From Ranitomeya imitator (Eukaryota): a stretch of 64,000 bases of DNA. Location of the stretch: the NCBI RefSeq assembly GCF_032444005.1, contig NC_091283.1, forward strand, positions 843,572,001-843,636,000, given 5' to 3'. Positions 38,246-50,462 of this stretch are shown here, one piece after another; within the stretch, counting starts at the first letter, position 1; each line of letters opens with the position of its first letter. A program made the position numbers and the translations under genes. Under the pieces are notes generated by a model. It searched no databases and had not been told where the DNA came from. It was given only the letters and a program-made list of their open reading frames with translations.

Positions 38246-38468
38246 CTGTCTATAGGTTGTGTCTGCTATTGCTGCTTTGTCCTCTGAGCTGCAGTACTCC
38301 AAACAACCTGTGGGAATGCTGTTGTGATGAGAAAGCTGTTTTCTCATTCTGCACAATCCCTTTAAACCATAGAGACGGATGTTAAATCTCCAGTTTGGGC
38401 CCCCTGCAGGAGTCTGAGCGATATCTGCAGAGTGGGAGGTGATGCGTCTCCAGGATATCGTCTCCCAC
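38246..38468 (-). CDS. Candidate 223-nt exon (WETISWRR...CLEYCSSEDKAAIADTTYRQ)
   Basis: One frame open between ttattattag| and CAG|gtatgg. Weak polypyrimidine tract; protein not recognised. Confidence 0.2.
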
Positions 38469-38944
38469 CTAATAATAAGCAGCCTCATTGTTATTTCCTA
38501 CAATTTGGGCTGATAATGGATCAGAGGTTACGACGCCGGTTTGCCAAATGTCTTTTGTAGCTCTATTTTTGCAAATCATAAAATGTCGTTTGTATTTTCA
38601 CTTTAAGAGATTTTTTAAATATTTTCTACAAAATCACCTTCAATTTACATCTCACCTTAGGTCCCTCAGGGGTTACAACTCTGTTTTGGTGTATTTCAGT
38701 GTTTTTTATGTGCTGCCCATAATTAGAGGCCGCTGGAAACTTTGTCTCTTGTTTGCATAAAACTCCACGAATGTTCCAGATGAAAGTATTTGCTCTGACA
38801 GGTGATTCCTCCTGGATTTGGATCCAGCTGTTTTTGCTGCTTTGTAGTTATTTGATGAATCTACATCTGATGAGAAAGTGTGATGCCCGAGATTAACTGG
38901 GAAAACACAGAAAAACAACATTCACGAATTTTCATCCGTTCTAG

Positions 38945-40070
38945 CAACTACTCATTAATTTATCAACTTCTCTGAACTTGCTCCAGTTTGTTGATGTCTT
39001 TTTTAAAATGTGCCCACAACTGGACACAGTATTCCAGATGAGGCCTAACCAAAGAGGAGTAGAGGGCAATAATGACTTCGTGTGATCTAGACTGTATGCT
39101 TCTGTTAATACATCCCAGAATTGTATTTTCTTTTTTTCCTGCTGCATCACACTGTTGACTCCTGTGCAGTCTGTGATCTATTAGTATACCCAAGTCTTTT
39201 TCACATGTGCTGTTGCTTAGCCCTATGCCGCCCATTCTGTATATGTTTTTTTCATTTTTATTGCCCAGATGTAGTACTTTGCATTTTTCCCTGTTAAAAA
39301 CCATTCTGTTAGTTGCTTCCCACTGCTCCAGTTTATTTATATCTTTTTGAATCCTCTCTTCTCTAATATGAGCAATCCCTCCTAGCTTTGTGTCATCAGC
39401 AAATTTAATCAGTGTACCCTCAATTCCTTCATCTAAATCATTGATAAAGATTTTGAACAATACAGGGCCCAGGACAGCACCCTGTGGTACCCCACTTGAG
39501 ACATTCTTCCAACTGGATGTGCAGCCATTTACGACCACTTCTTGCGTCCGATCACTAAGCCAGTTATGAATCTACCTAACAGTTGCCTTGTCCATTCCAT
39601 ACTTAGTCATTTTTTCAATAAGGATGGTGTGAGATACTTTGTCAAATGCTTTGCTGAAGTCAAGATATACTATATCAACAGCATTTCCCTGATCCACCAA
39701 GTCAGTGATTCTGTCGTAAAAGGAAGTTAAGTTAGTCTGACATGACTTATTAGTTACAAACTGATGCCAACTCTGGTTAATCACTTCATTCTTATCCAGG
39801 TACTTACTGTACATACATGTTGTTTAATAATTTGTTCAAAGATCTTTCCTGGTATAGAAGTCAGACTCACAGGCTTATAGTTCCCTGGGTCCACCTTCTT
39901 CCCTTTTTTGAAGATAGGAACAACATTTGCTCTTCTCCAGTCTTCTGGGACTTCTCCTGTTCACCAAGAATTTTCAAAGATTATGGAGAGTGGTTTGAAA
40001 ATTTCTTCTGCTATCTCCTTCAGTACTCTGGGGTGTCATTCATCTGGACCTGGAGACTTTAATTCATTTA
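38945..40070 (-). mobile_element. Older, diverged CR1 fragment (RT pseudogene)
   Basis: ORFs 38963-39538 and 39572-39814 with LDFSKAFD, GVPQGAVLGP, FADD, HLEYCVQLW. Frameshifted and clearly distinct from the young CR1 family. Confidence 0.9.
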
Positions 40071-40084
40071 TCATTGATCTAAAT

Positions 40085-40492
40085 GTTAGGCCCCGATAAA
40101 ATAATAAAGCCTATACTTCCCTCCCATGTGGGCACTCGCTCTCCCTAAGGCTTTCGTGCGGTGTTGTGACATGTGGTGCTTGACGCCCAATCAGTGCTGG
40201 CCTCACTGTTCCCGCATTCTGTCGAATTGAACATGAAGAGGAAGCTAGGGTTCATCTGATCTCCGACTTTCTCTTCATATTCTATTTGTCTGAAAGTGGA
40301 GATAGTGACGTCAGCACTTATTGGGCGCTGGATATTATGTGTCATGCAACAGCACGAGAGCCCTGGGACCGCGAGTGCCGAGACCGCTGGAACGGCGCCG
40401 GCATTGAAGGTGAGTGTAGGCTTTATTATTATATCAGGGCCAAGCATTTTGATCCAGATGGGGTTGTCCTAGCAGTGGACAACCCCTTTAAT
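40085..40492. mobile_element. Partial MITE ending GGACAACCCCTTTAA (Kolobok/T2-like terminus)
   Basis: Terminus resembles TTAA-AGGGGTTGTCC ends. Left end absent, next to the CR1 fragment. Confidence 0.4.
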
Positions 40493-41629
40493 ATGGCTAG
40501 CTTGCGCAATGAATGATAAGATGATACTTTTCTGTGCACTACTTATAAGCCCTTCTTCACAGCGGCCTACCGGAGGATTCTCCTGCTCTCCAGTGGGCCA
40601 GTCCAAGCATGAATATGGACACAGTTACATTTGAAGTTGAGACATAACTCCGATCTCCTGGGACAGGACTATCCCATTGGATCCTGGGTAATTGGGAAAT
40701 TTGCAGTTTCCTCTTTGCCATGGCCACTCCTTATTATCTGTGTCTGCCACTGACCAGGTGAGTGACTGTGTGACCACAAACGACTACATGTATCCTCCAT
40801 ATTGGCTGACAAGGCGATCTGGAGCACAAACTTCTTGTGTAACAGGTGAAATACTCTAAAGACTCTGAAGGACGGAGGCTCTTGTGTACGGCGAAGGTTT
40901 ATTACAAGGGGACAGAGTTGCGCTTTTATTATATATTGATACGTATCATTAAGCTTCTAATATTTTGTTCAGACACACAGAAAATATTACGTGATAATGA
41001 AAACGCGTCTCTCCATCCTCTTTGTCTTTATGTTACTTGTGAGATTTAATGACGGGTTGTCTCTATGCTGAATCCATCACTTCTGTCGACGGCGGTGGAT
41101 AATAATAATAGAGAAACATCTCATTGTGAAGAAATGAAGACGGACGACTTTTCGTGGAGAACGTGAAGGGTAAATAAATTCATTTATTTTATCTTTATTT
41201 CTATTATATTTAACATCTGAGTCATCCACATAAAAACGGTGAATATCAGACGGGGAAGATGAGTGCAATCAATATTTTACAATTCTTTTACTTCTCCTGG
41301 CGGACTTATACTTGGGCGAAATTGCTTCACTGAATCTTAAATAAAATGAATAAGAAAGTTTGTGATTTGTCTCCATAAAAAAACTACGTCCGTTTTATGT
41401 ATACAGCTCACATGCAGTTCAATATGTCTGTGTGGTTACAGGCTACAAATCAATCAGTGTGCACGGAGCCCCGTCAGCTCCTTACATTGCCACATGGCAC
41501 AGGGTACATGGATCCCACAACCATATCTGGTCTGAGCAGTGCAGTATTCTGCCCATAAAGTGCCAAAAAGTGCGAGGAAAGTGCAGTGTAATGCTAATAT
41601 AGTGCCGTATGGAGACTAACTGGCCTCAC

Positions 41630-41758
41630 CAGCTCGGTCTTATATTTGCAGATGTTTTCGGCACTGGCATATAATAACAGTAGAGTCATTTGCAGCCGTG
41701 GCCTCTGGTAAAAACACTTTACACTTCCCGGTTCTCTGCACACTGTGCCATTAATTAC
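41630..41758 (-). CDS. Candidate 129-nt phase 0/0 exon (VINGTVCREPGSVKCFYQRPRLQMTLLLLYASAENICKYKTEL)
   Basis: Acceptor ccctgtattatcag, donor CTG|gtgagg, open frame, length a multiple of 3. Protein not recognised. Confidence 0.3.
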
Positions 41759-41980
41759 CTGATAATACAGGGCATAAAACTGTAAATGGATGTAGAGACG
41801 CACAGACCACTGAAAAGACCTCCGAGACTGGAAGATGAGGCAGGAAGCAAAAGTAGACCAGTGTCTCTGCTATTGCAATCCAGGCCATGGCCTGAAGCCA
41901 CCAAAAGGGGGAGGAAAGGAGCTTAATGTATATACTGTATACACTGCACTCAAAAATAGCTTAGCAACCACTAATCTGCT

Positions 41981-44707
41981 GAGCTCCCCCTAGTGGTGGC
42001 TGCAGACAGAATCTTATCATGTATCTCTGTATACAGGGAGCTCCCCCTAGTGGTGGCTGCAGACAGAATCTTATCATGTATCTCTGTATACAGGGAGCTC
42101 CCCCTAGTGGTGGCTGCAGACAGGATCTTATCATGTATCTCTGTATACAGGGAGCTCCCCCTAGTGGTGGCTGCAGACAGGATCTTATCATGTATCTCTG
42201 TATACAGGGAGCTCCCCCTAGTGGTGGCTGCAGACAGGATCTTATCATGTATCTCTGTATACAGGGAGCTCCCCCTAGTGGTGGCTGCAGACAGGATCTT
42301 ATCATGTATCTCTGTATACAGGGAGCTCCCCCTAGTGGTGGCTGCAGACAGGATCTTATCATGTATCTCTGTATACAGGGAGCTCCCCCTAGTGGTGACT
42401 GCAGACAGAATCTTATCATGTATCTCTGTATACAGGGAGCTCCCCCTAGTGGTGGCTGCAGACAGGATCTTATCATGTATCTCTGTATACAGGGAGCTCC
42501 CCCTAGTGGTGACTGCAGACAGGATCTTATCATGTATCTCTGTATACAGGGAGCTCCCCCTAGTGGTGGCTGCAGACAGGATCTTATCATGTATCTCTGT
42601 ATACAGGGAGCTCCCCCTAGTGGTGACTGCAGACAGAATCTTATCATGTATGTCTGTATACAGGGAGCTCCCCCTAGTGGTGGCTGCAGACAGGATCTTA
42701 TCATGTATCTCTGTATACAGGGAGCTCCCCCTAGTGGTGACTGCAGACAGGATCTTATCATGTATCTCTGTATACAGGGAGCTCCCCCTAGTGGTGGCTG
42801 CAGACAGGATCTTATCATGTATCCCTGTATACAGGGAGCTCCCCCTAGTGGTGGCTGCAGACAGGATCTTATCATGTATCTCTGTATACAGGGAGCTCCT
42901 CCTAGTGGTGGCTGCAGACAGGATCTTATCATGTATCTCTGTATACAGGGAGCTCCCCCTAGTGGTGGCTGCAGACAGAATCTTACGTATCTCTGTATAC
43001 AGGGAGCTCCCCCTAGTGGTGGCTGCAGACAGGATCTTATCATGTATCTCTGTATACAGGGAGCTCCCCCTAGTGGTGACTGCAGACAGAATCTTATCAT
43101 GTATCTCTGTATACAGGGAGCTCCCCCTAGTGGTGTCTGCAGACAGGATCTTATCATGTATCTCTGTATACAGGGAGCTCCCCCTAGTGGTGTCTGCAGA
43201 CAGGATCTTATCATGTATCTCTGTATACAGGGAGCTCCCCCTAGTGGTGACTGCAGACAGAATCTTATCATGTATCTCTGTATACAGGGAGCTCTCCCTA
43301 GTGGTGGCTGCAGGCAGGATCTTATAATGTATCTCTGTATACAGGGAGCTCCCCCTAGTGGTGGCTGCAGACAGAATGTTATCATGTATCTCTGTATACA
43401 GGGAGCTCCCCCTAGTGGTGGCTGCAGACAGGATCTTATCATGTGTCTCTGTATACAGGGAGCTCCCCCTAGTGGTGACAGCAGACAGGATGTTATCATG
43501 TATCTCTGTATACAGGGTGCTCTCCCTAGTGGTGGCTGCAGACAGAATCTTATCATGTATCTCTGTATACAGGGAGCTCCCCCTAGTGGTGGCTGCAGAC
43601 AGAATCTTATCATGTATCTCTGTATACAGGGTGCTCCCCCTAGTGGTGACTGCAAACATAATCTTATCATGTATCTCTGTATATAGGGAGCTCCCCCTAG
43701 TGGTGACTGCAGACAGGATCTTATCATGTGTCTCTGTATACAGGGAGCTCCCCCTAGTGGTGGCTGCAGACAGGATCTTATCATGTATCTCTGTATACAG
43801 GGAGCTCCCCCTAGTGGTGGCTGCAGACAGGATCTAATCATGTATCTCTGTATACAGGGAGCTCCCTCTAGTGGTGGCTGCAGACAGGATCTTATCATGT
43901 ATCTCTGTATACAGGGAGCTCCCCCTAGTGGTGACTGCAGACAGGATCTTATGTATCTCTGCGTACAGGGAGCTCCCCCTAGTGGTGGCTGCAGACAGAA
44001 TGTTATCATGTATCTCTGTATACAGGGAGCTCCCCCTAGTGGTGGCTGCAGACAGGATCTTATGTATCTCTGCATACAGGGAGCTCCCCCTAGTGGTGGC
44101 TGCAGACAGAATGTTATCATGTATCTCTGTATACAGGGAGCTCCCCCTAGTGGTGGCTGCAGACAGGATCTTATGTATCTCTGCATACAGGGAGCTCCCC
44201 CTAGTGGTGGCTGCAGACAGAATGTTATCATATATCTCTGTATACAGGGAGCTCCCCCTAGTGGTGACTGCAGACAGGATCTTATGTATCTCTGCATACA
44301 GGGAGCTTCCCCTAGTGGTGGCTGCAGACAGAATGTTATCATGTATCTCTGTCTACAGGGAGCTCCCTATAGTGGTGGCTGCAGACAGGATCTTATCATG
44401 TATCTCTGTATACAGGGAGCTCCCCCTAGTGGTGACTGCAGACAGGATCTTATGTATCTCTGCATACAGGGAGCTCCCCCTAGTGGTGGCTGCAGACAGG
44501 ATCTTATCATGTATCTCTGTATACAGGGAGCTCCCCCTAGTGGTGGCTGCAGGCAGAATCTTATCATGTATCTCTGTATACAGGGAGCTGCCCCTAGTGG
44601 TGACTGCAGACAGGATCTTATCATGTATCTCTGTATACAGGGAGCTCCCCCTAGTGGTAACTGCAGACAGGATGTTATCATGTATCTCTGTATACAGGGA
44701 GCTCCCC
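41981..44707. repeat. 57-bp minisatellite with CTCF-like motif, left block (about 48 units)
   Basis: Unit GAGCTCCCCCTAGTGGTGGCTGCAGACAGGATCTTATCATGTATCTCTGTATACAGG; some 54-bp variants. Confidence 0.98.
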
Positions 44708-47700
44708 TGTTATGTTTGCTAATGACAGGTGTTATGAAGGCAATCCAGAAACACAGTGTGCATAGCGATCAGAGCGCACACAGTGATCTGACAAATACCC
44801 AAAAATACAAGAACGAGCTCTGAGACGTGGAAACTCTGTAGACTGCACACCTGATCCTATACTAAACACAACTAAAAGCGGCTGTGGATTGCGCCTAACA
44901 ACTACCTAGGCAACTCGGCACAGCCTAAGAAACTAGCTAGCCTGAAGATAGAAAAATAGGCCTGACTTGCCCCAGAGAAATTCCCCAAAGGAAAAGGCAG
45001 CCCCCCACATATAATGACTGTGAGTAAGATGAAAAGACAAAACGTAGGGATGAAATAGATTCAGCAAAGTGGGGCCCGATATTCTAGGACAGAGCGAGGA
45101 CAGTAAAGCGAACTTTGCAGTCTACAAAAAACCCTAAAGCAAAACCACGCAAAGGGGGCAAAAAAAACCCACCGTGCCGAACTAACGGCACGGCGGTACA
45201 CCCTTTGCGTCTCAGAGCTTCCAGCAAAACAAAAGACAAGCTGGACAGAAAAAAAGCAACAAAAAAGCAAAAAGCACTTAGCTATACAGAGCAGCAGGTC
45301 ACAGGAACAATCAGGAGAAGCTCAGATCCAACACTGAAACATTGACAAGGAGCAAGGATAGCAGCATCAGGCGGAGTTAAGTAATGAAGCAGTTAACGAG
45401 CTCACCAGAACACCTGAGGGAGGAAGCTCAGAAGCTGCAGTACCACTTGTGACCACAGGAGTGAATTCAGCCACAGAATTCACAACAGTACCCCCCCCTT
45501 GAGGAGGGGTCACCGAACCCTCACCAGAGCCCCCAGGCCGACCAGGATGAGCCGCATGAAAGGCACGAACAAGATCGGAAGCATGAACATCAGAGGCAAA
45601 AACCCAGGAATTATCTTCCTGAGCATAACCCTTCCATTTAACCAGATACTGGAGTTTCCGTCTAGAAACACGAGAATCCAAAATCTTCTCCACAATATAC
45701 TCCAATTCCCCCTCCACCAAAACCGGGGCAGGAGGCTCAACAGATGGAACCATAGGTGCCACGTATCTCCGCAACAACGACCTATGGAATACATTATGTA
45801 TGGAAAAGGAGTCTGGGAGGGTCAAACGAAAAGACACAGGATTGAGAACCTCAGAAATCCTATACGGACCAATAAAACGAGGTTTAAATTTAGGAGAGGA
45901 AACCTTCATAGGAATATGACGAGAAGATAACCAAACCAGATCCCCAACACGAAGTCGGGGACCCACACGGCGTCTGCGATTAGCGAAAAGTTGAGCTTTC
46001 TCCTGGGACAAGATCAAATTGTCCACTACCTGAGTCCAGATCTGCTGCAACCTATCCACCACAGAATCCACACCAGGACAGTCCGAAGACTCAACCTGTC
46101 CTGAAGAGAAACGAGGATGGAACCCAGAATTGCAAAAAAATGGAGAAACCAAGGTAGCCGAGCTGGCCCGATTATTAAGGGCGAACTCAGCCAACGGCAA
46201 AAAGGACACCCAATCATCCTGGTCTGCAGAAACAAAACATCTCAGATATGTTTCCAAGGTCTGATTGGTTCGTTCGGTCTGGCCATTAGTCTGAGGATGG
46301 AAAGCCGAGGAAAAGGATAGGTCAATGCCCATCCTACCACAAAAGGCTCGCCAAAACCTTGAAACAAACTGGGAACCTCTGTCAGAAACAATATTCTCAG
46401 GAATGCCATGCAACCGAACCACATGCTGAAAGAACAAAGGTACCAAATCAGAGGAGGAAGGCAATTTAGCCAAGGGCACCAGATGGACCATTTTAGAAAA
46501 GCGATCACAGACCACCCAAATGACTGACAACTTTTGAGAAACGGGAAGGTCAGAAATGAAATCCATCGAAATATGTGTCCAAGGCCTCTTTGGGACCGGC
46601 AAGGGCAAAAGCAACCCACTGGCACGAGAACAGCAGGGCTTAGCCCTAGCACAAATCCCACAGGACTGCACAAAAGTACGTACATCCCGTGACAGAGATG
46701 GCCACCAGAAGGATCTAGCCACTAACTCTCTGTTACCAAAGATTCCAGGATGACCAGCCAACACCGAACAATGAACCTCAGAGATAACTTTATTAGTCCA
46801 CCTATCAGGGACGAACAGTTTCTCTGCTGGACAACGATCAGGTTTATTCGCCTGAAATTTTTGCAGCACCCGCCGCAAATCAGGGGAGATGGCAGACACA
46901 ATGACTCCTTCCTTGAGGATACCCGCTGGCTCAGATAAACCCGGAGAGTCGGGCACAAAACTCCTAGACAGAGCATCCGCCTTCACATTTTTAGAGCCCG
47001 GAAGGTACGAAATCACAAAGTCGAAGCGGGCAAAAAATAACGACCAACGGGCCTGTCTAGGATTCAAGCGCTTGGCAGACTCGAGATAAGTCAAGTTCTT
47101 ATGATCAGTCAATACCACCACGCGATGCTTAGCTCCTTCAAGCCAATGACGCCACTCCTCGAATGCCCACTTCATGGCCAGCAACTCTCGATTGCCCACA
47201 TCATAATTACGCTCAGCGAGCGAAAACTTCCTGGAAAAGAAAGCACATGGTTTCATCACTGAGCAATCAGAACCTCTCTGTGACAAAACCGCCCCTGCTC
47301 CAATCTCAGAAGCATCAACCTCGACCTGGAACGGAAGAGAAACATCTGGCTGACACAACACAGGGGCAGAACAAAAACGACGCTTCAACTCCTGAAAAGC
47401 TTCCACAGCAGCAGAAGACCAATTAACCAAATCAGCACCCTTCTTGGTCAAATCGGTCAATGGTTTGGCAATGCTAGAAAAATTACAGATGAAGCGACGA
47501 TAAAAATTAGCAAAGCCCAGGAACTTTTGCAGACTTTTCAGAGATGTCGGCTGAATCCAATCCTGGATGGCTTGGACCTTAACTGGATCCATCTCGATAG
47601 TAGAAGGGGTAAAGATGAACCCCAAAAATGAAACTTTCTGCACACCGAAGAGACACTTTGATCCCTTCACAAACAAAGAGTTAGCACGCAGGACCTGAAA

Positions 47701-50462
47701 AACCATTCTGACCTGCTTCACATGAGACTCCCAATCATCTGAGAAGATCAAAATGTCATCCAAGTAAACAATCAGGAATTTATCCAGATACTCACGGAAG
47801 ATGTCATGCATAAAAGACTGAAACACAGATGGAGCATTGGCAAGTCCGAACGGCATCACTAGATACTCAAAATGACCCTCGGGCGTATTGAATGCAGTTT
47901 TCCATTCATCTCCTTGCCTGATTCTCACCAGATTATACGCACCACGAAGATCTATCTTAGTGAACCAACTAGCCCCCTTAATCCGAGCAAACAAGTCAGA
48001 TAACAATGGCAAGGGATACTGAAATTTAACAGTGATCTTATTAAGAAGGCGGTAATCAATACACGGTCTCAGCGAACCATCCTTCTTGGCTACAAAGAAG
48101 AACCCTGCTCCCTGTGGTGATGACGATGGGCGAATATGTCCCTTCTCCAGGGATTCCTTCACATAACTGCGCATAGCGGCGTGTTCGGGCACGGATAAAT
48201 TAAATAATCGACCTTTAGGGAATTTACTACCAGGAATCAAATTGATAGCACAATCACAATCCCTATGCGGAGGTAGAGCATCGGACTTGGGCTCTTCAAA
48301 TACATCCTGATAATCAGACAAGAACTCTGGGACCTCAGAAGGGGTGGATGACGAAATAGACAAAAATGGAACATCACCATGTACCCCCTGACAACCCCAG
48401 CTGGATACCGACATGGAATTCCAATCCAATACTGGATTATGGGTTTGTAGCCATGGCAACCCCAACACGACCACATCATGCAGATTATGCAACACCAGAA
48501 AGCGAATAACTTCCTGATGTGCAGGAGCCATGCACATGGTCAGCTGGGCCCAGTATTGAGGTTTATTCTTGGCCAAAGGTGTAGCATCAATTCCTCTCAA
48601 TGGAATAGGACACCGCAAAGGCTCCAAGAAAAACCCACAACGTTTAGCATAATCCAAATCCATCAGATTCAGGGCAGCGCCCGAATCCACAAACGCCATG
48701 ACAGAAAACGACGACAAAGAGCATATCAAGGTAATGGACAGAAGGAATTTGGACTGTACAGTACCAATGACGGCAGACCTAGCGGACCGCTTAGTGCGCT
48801 TAGGACAATCAGAAATAGCATGAGTGGAATCACCACAGTAGAAACACAGACCATTCAGACGTCTGTATTCCTGCCGTTCAACTCTAGTCATAGTCCTATC
48901 GCACTGCATAGGCTCAGGTTTAACCTCAGGCAGTACCGCCAAATGGTGGACAGATTTACGCTCGCGCAAGCGTCGACCGATCTGAATGGCCAAAGACAAA
49001 GACTCATTCAAACCAGCAGGCATAGGAAATCCCACCATGACATCCTTAAGAGCCTCAGAGAGACCCTTTCTGAACAAAGCTGCCAGCGCAGATTCATTCC
49101 ACTGAGTGAGTACTGACCATTTCCTAAATTTCTGACAATATACTTCTATATCATCCTGACCCTGGCACAAAGCCAGCAAATTTTTCTCAGCCTGATCCAC
49201 TGAATTAGGCTCATCGTACAGCAATCCGAGCGCCAGGAAAAACGCATCGACACTACTCAATGCAGGGTCTCCTGGCGCAAGAGAAAATGCCCAGTCTTGA
49301 GGGTCGCCGCGCAAAAAAGAAATAATAATCAAAACCTGTTGAATAGGATTACCAGAAGAATGAGGTTTCAAGGCCAGAAATAGCTTACAATTATTTTTGA
49401 AACTTAGAAACTTAGTTCTATCTCCAAAAAACAAATCAGGAATAGGAATTCTTGGTTCTAACATAGATTTCTGATCAATAGTATCTTGAATTTTTTGTAC
49501 ATTTATAACGAGATTATCCATTGAAGAGCACAGACCCTGAATATCCATGTCCACACCTGTGTCCAGAATCACCCAAATGTCTAGGGGAAAAAAAAAAAAG
49601 TGAACACAGAGCAGAAAAAAAAAAATGATGTCAGAACTTTTTCTTTCCCTCTATTGAGAATCATTAGTTTGGCTCCTTGTACTGTTATGTTTGCTAATGA
49701 CAGGTGTTATGAAGGCAATCCAGAAACACAGTGTGCATAGCGATCAGAGCGCACACAGTGATCTGACAAATACCCAAAAATACAAGAACGAGCTCTGAGA
49801 CGTGGAAACTCTGTAGACTGCACACCTGATCCTATCCTAAACACAACTAAAAGCGGCTGTGGATTGCGCCTAACAACTACCTAGGCAACTCGGCACAGCC
49901 TAAGAAACTAGCTAGCCTGAAGATAGAAAAATAGGCCTGACTTGCCCCAGAGAAATTCCCCAAAGGAAAAGGCAGCCCCCCACATATAATGACTGTGAGT
50001 AAGATGAAAAGACAAAACGTAGGGATGAAATAGATTCAGCAAAGTGGGGCCCGATATTCTAGGACAGAGCGAGGACAGTAAAGCGAACTTTGCAGTCTAC
50101 AAAAAACCCTAAAGCAAAACCACGCAAAGGGGGCAAAAAAAACCCACCGTGCCGAACTAACGGCACGGCGGTACACCCTTTGCGTCTCAGAGCTTCCAGC
50201 AAAACAAAAGACAAGCTGGACAGAAAAAAAGCAACAAAAAAGCAAAAAGCACTTAGCTATACAGAGCAGCAGGTCACAGGAACAATCAGGAGAAGCTCAG
50301 ATCCATCACTGAAACATTGACAAGGAGCAAGGATAGCAGCATCAGGCGGAGTTAAGTAATGAAGCAGTTAACGAGCTCACCAGAACACCTGAGGGAGGAA
50401 GCTCAGAAGCTGCAGTACCACTTGTGACCACAGGAGTGAATTCAGCCACAGAATTCACAACA
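44708..50462 (-). mobile_element. Intact Tf1/sushi-group chromoviral Gypsy element B
   Basis: 780-bp LTRs 44708-45487 and 49683-50462 (TG...CA; 2 differences seen). PPT AAGGGGGGGG. CTCCCC on both flanks. Confidence 0.98.
45367..49572 (-). CDS. Single Gag-Pol polyprotein, 1401 aa (Gag-CCHC-protease-RT-RNase H-integrase-chromodomain)
   Basis: CFYCGDSTHAISDC, VDSGA, YLDD, DASEIGAGAVL, H-H-C-C zinc site and ISMDFI...IVSDRG...GQTERTN integrase, EYIVEKILDSR...YLVKWKGY chromodomain. Stop codon lies inside the 3' LTR. Confidence 0.97.
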   Translation of the reverse strand: MILDTGVDMDIQGLCSSMDNLVINVQKIQDTIDQKSMLEPRIPIPDLFFGDRTKFLSFKNNCKLFLALKPHSSGNPIQQVLIIISFLRGDPQDWAFSLAPGDPALSSVDAFFLALGLLYDEPNSVDQAEKNLLALCQGQDDIEVYCQKFRKWSVLTQWNESALAALFRKGLSEALKDVMVGFPMPAGLNESLSLAIQIGRRLRERKSVHHLAVLPEVKPEPMQCDRTMTRVERQEYRRLNGLCFYCGDSTHAISDCPKRTKRSARSAVIGTVQSKFLLSITLICSLSSFSVMAFVDSGAALNLMDLDYAKRCGFFLEPLRCPIPLRGIDATPLAKNKPQYWAQLTMCMAPAHQEVIRFLVLHNLHDVVVLGLPWLQTHNPVLDWNSMSVSSWGCQGVHGDVPFLSISSSTPSEVPEFLSDYQDVFEEPKSDALPPHRDCDCAINLIPGSKFPKGRLFNLSVPEHAAMRSYVKESLEKGHIRPSSSPQGAGFFFVAKKDGSLRPCIDYRLLNKITVKFQYPLPLLSDLFARIKGASWFTKIDLRGAYNLVRIRQGDEWKTAFNTPEGHFEYLVMPFGLANAPSVFQSFMHDIFREYLDKFLIVYLDDILIFSDDWESHVKQVRMVFQVLRANSLFVKGSKCLFGVQKVSFLGFIFTPSTIEMDPVKVQAIQDWIQPTSLKSLQKFLGFANFYRRFICNFSSIAKPLTDLTKKGADLVNWSSAAVEAFQELKRRFCSAPVLCQPDVSLPFQVEVDASEIGAGAVLSQRGSDCSVMKPCAFFSRKFSLAERNYDVGNRELLAMKWAFEEWRHWLEGAKHRVVVLTDHKNLTYLESAKRLNPRQARWSLFFARFDFVISYLPGSKNVKADALSRSFVPDSPGLSEPAGILKEGVIVSAISPDLRRVLQKFQANKPDRCPAEKLFVPDRWTNKVISEVHCSVLAGHPGIFGNRELVARSFWWPSLSRDVRTFVQSCGICARAKPCCSRASGLLLPLPVPKRPWTHISMDFISDLPVSQKLSVIWVVCDRFSKMVHLVPLAKLPSSSDLVPLFFQHVVRLHGIPENIVSDRGSQFVSRFWRAFCGRMGIDLSFSSAFHPQTNGQTERTNQTLETYLRCFVSADQDDWVSFLPLAEFALNNRASSATLVSPFFCNSGFHPRFSSGQVESSDCPGVDSVVDRLQQIWTQVVDNLILSQEKAQLFANRRRRVGPRLRVGDLVWLSSRHIPMKVSSPKFKPRFIGPYRISEVLNPVSFRLTLPDSFSIHNVFHRSLLRRYVAPMVPSVEPPAPVLVEGELEYIVEKILDSRVSRRKLQYLVKWKGYAQEDNSWVFASDVHASDLVRAFHAAHPGRPGGSGEGSVTPPQGGGTVVNSVAEFTPVVTSGTAASELPPSGVLVSSLTASLLNSA

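Noticed and set aside
40985-41010. GAAAACGCGTC hammerhead-like word
   Set aside because: No catalytic CUGANGA box or helices around it.
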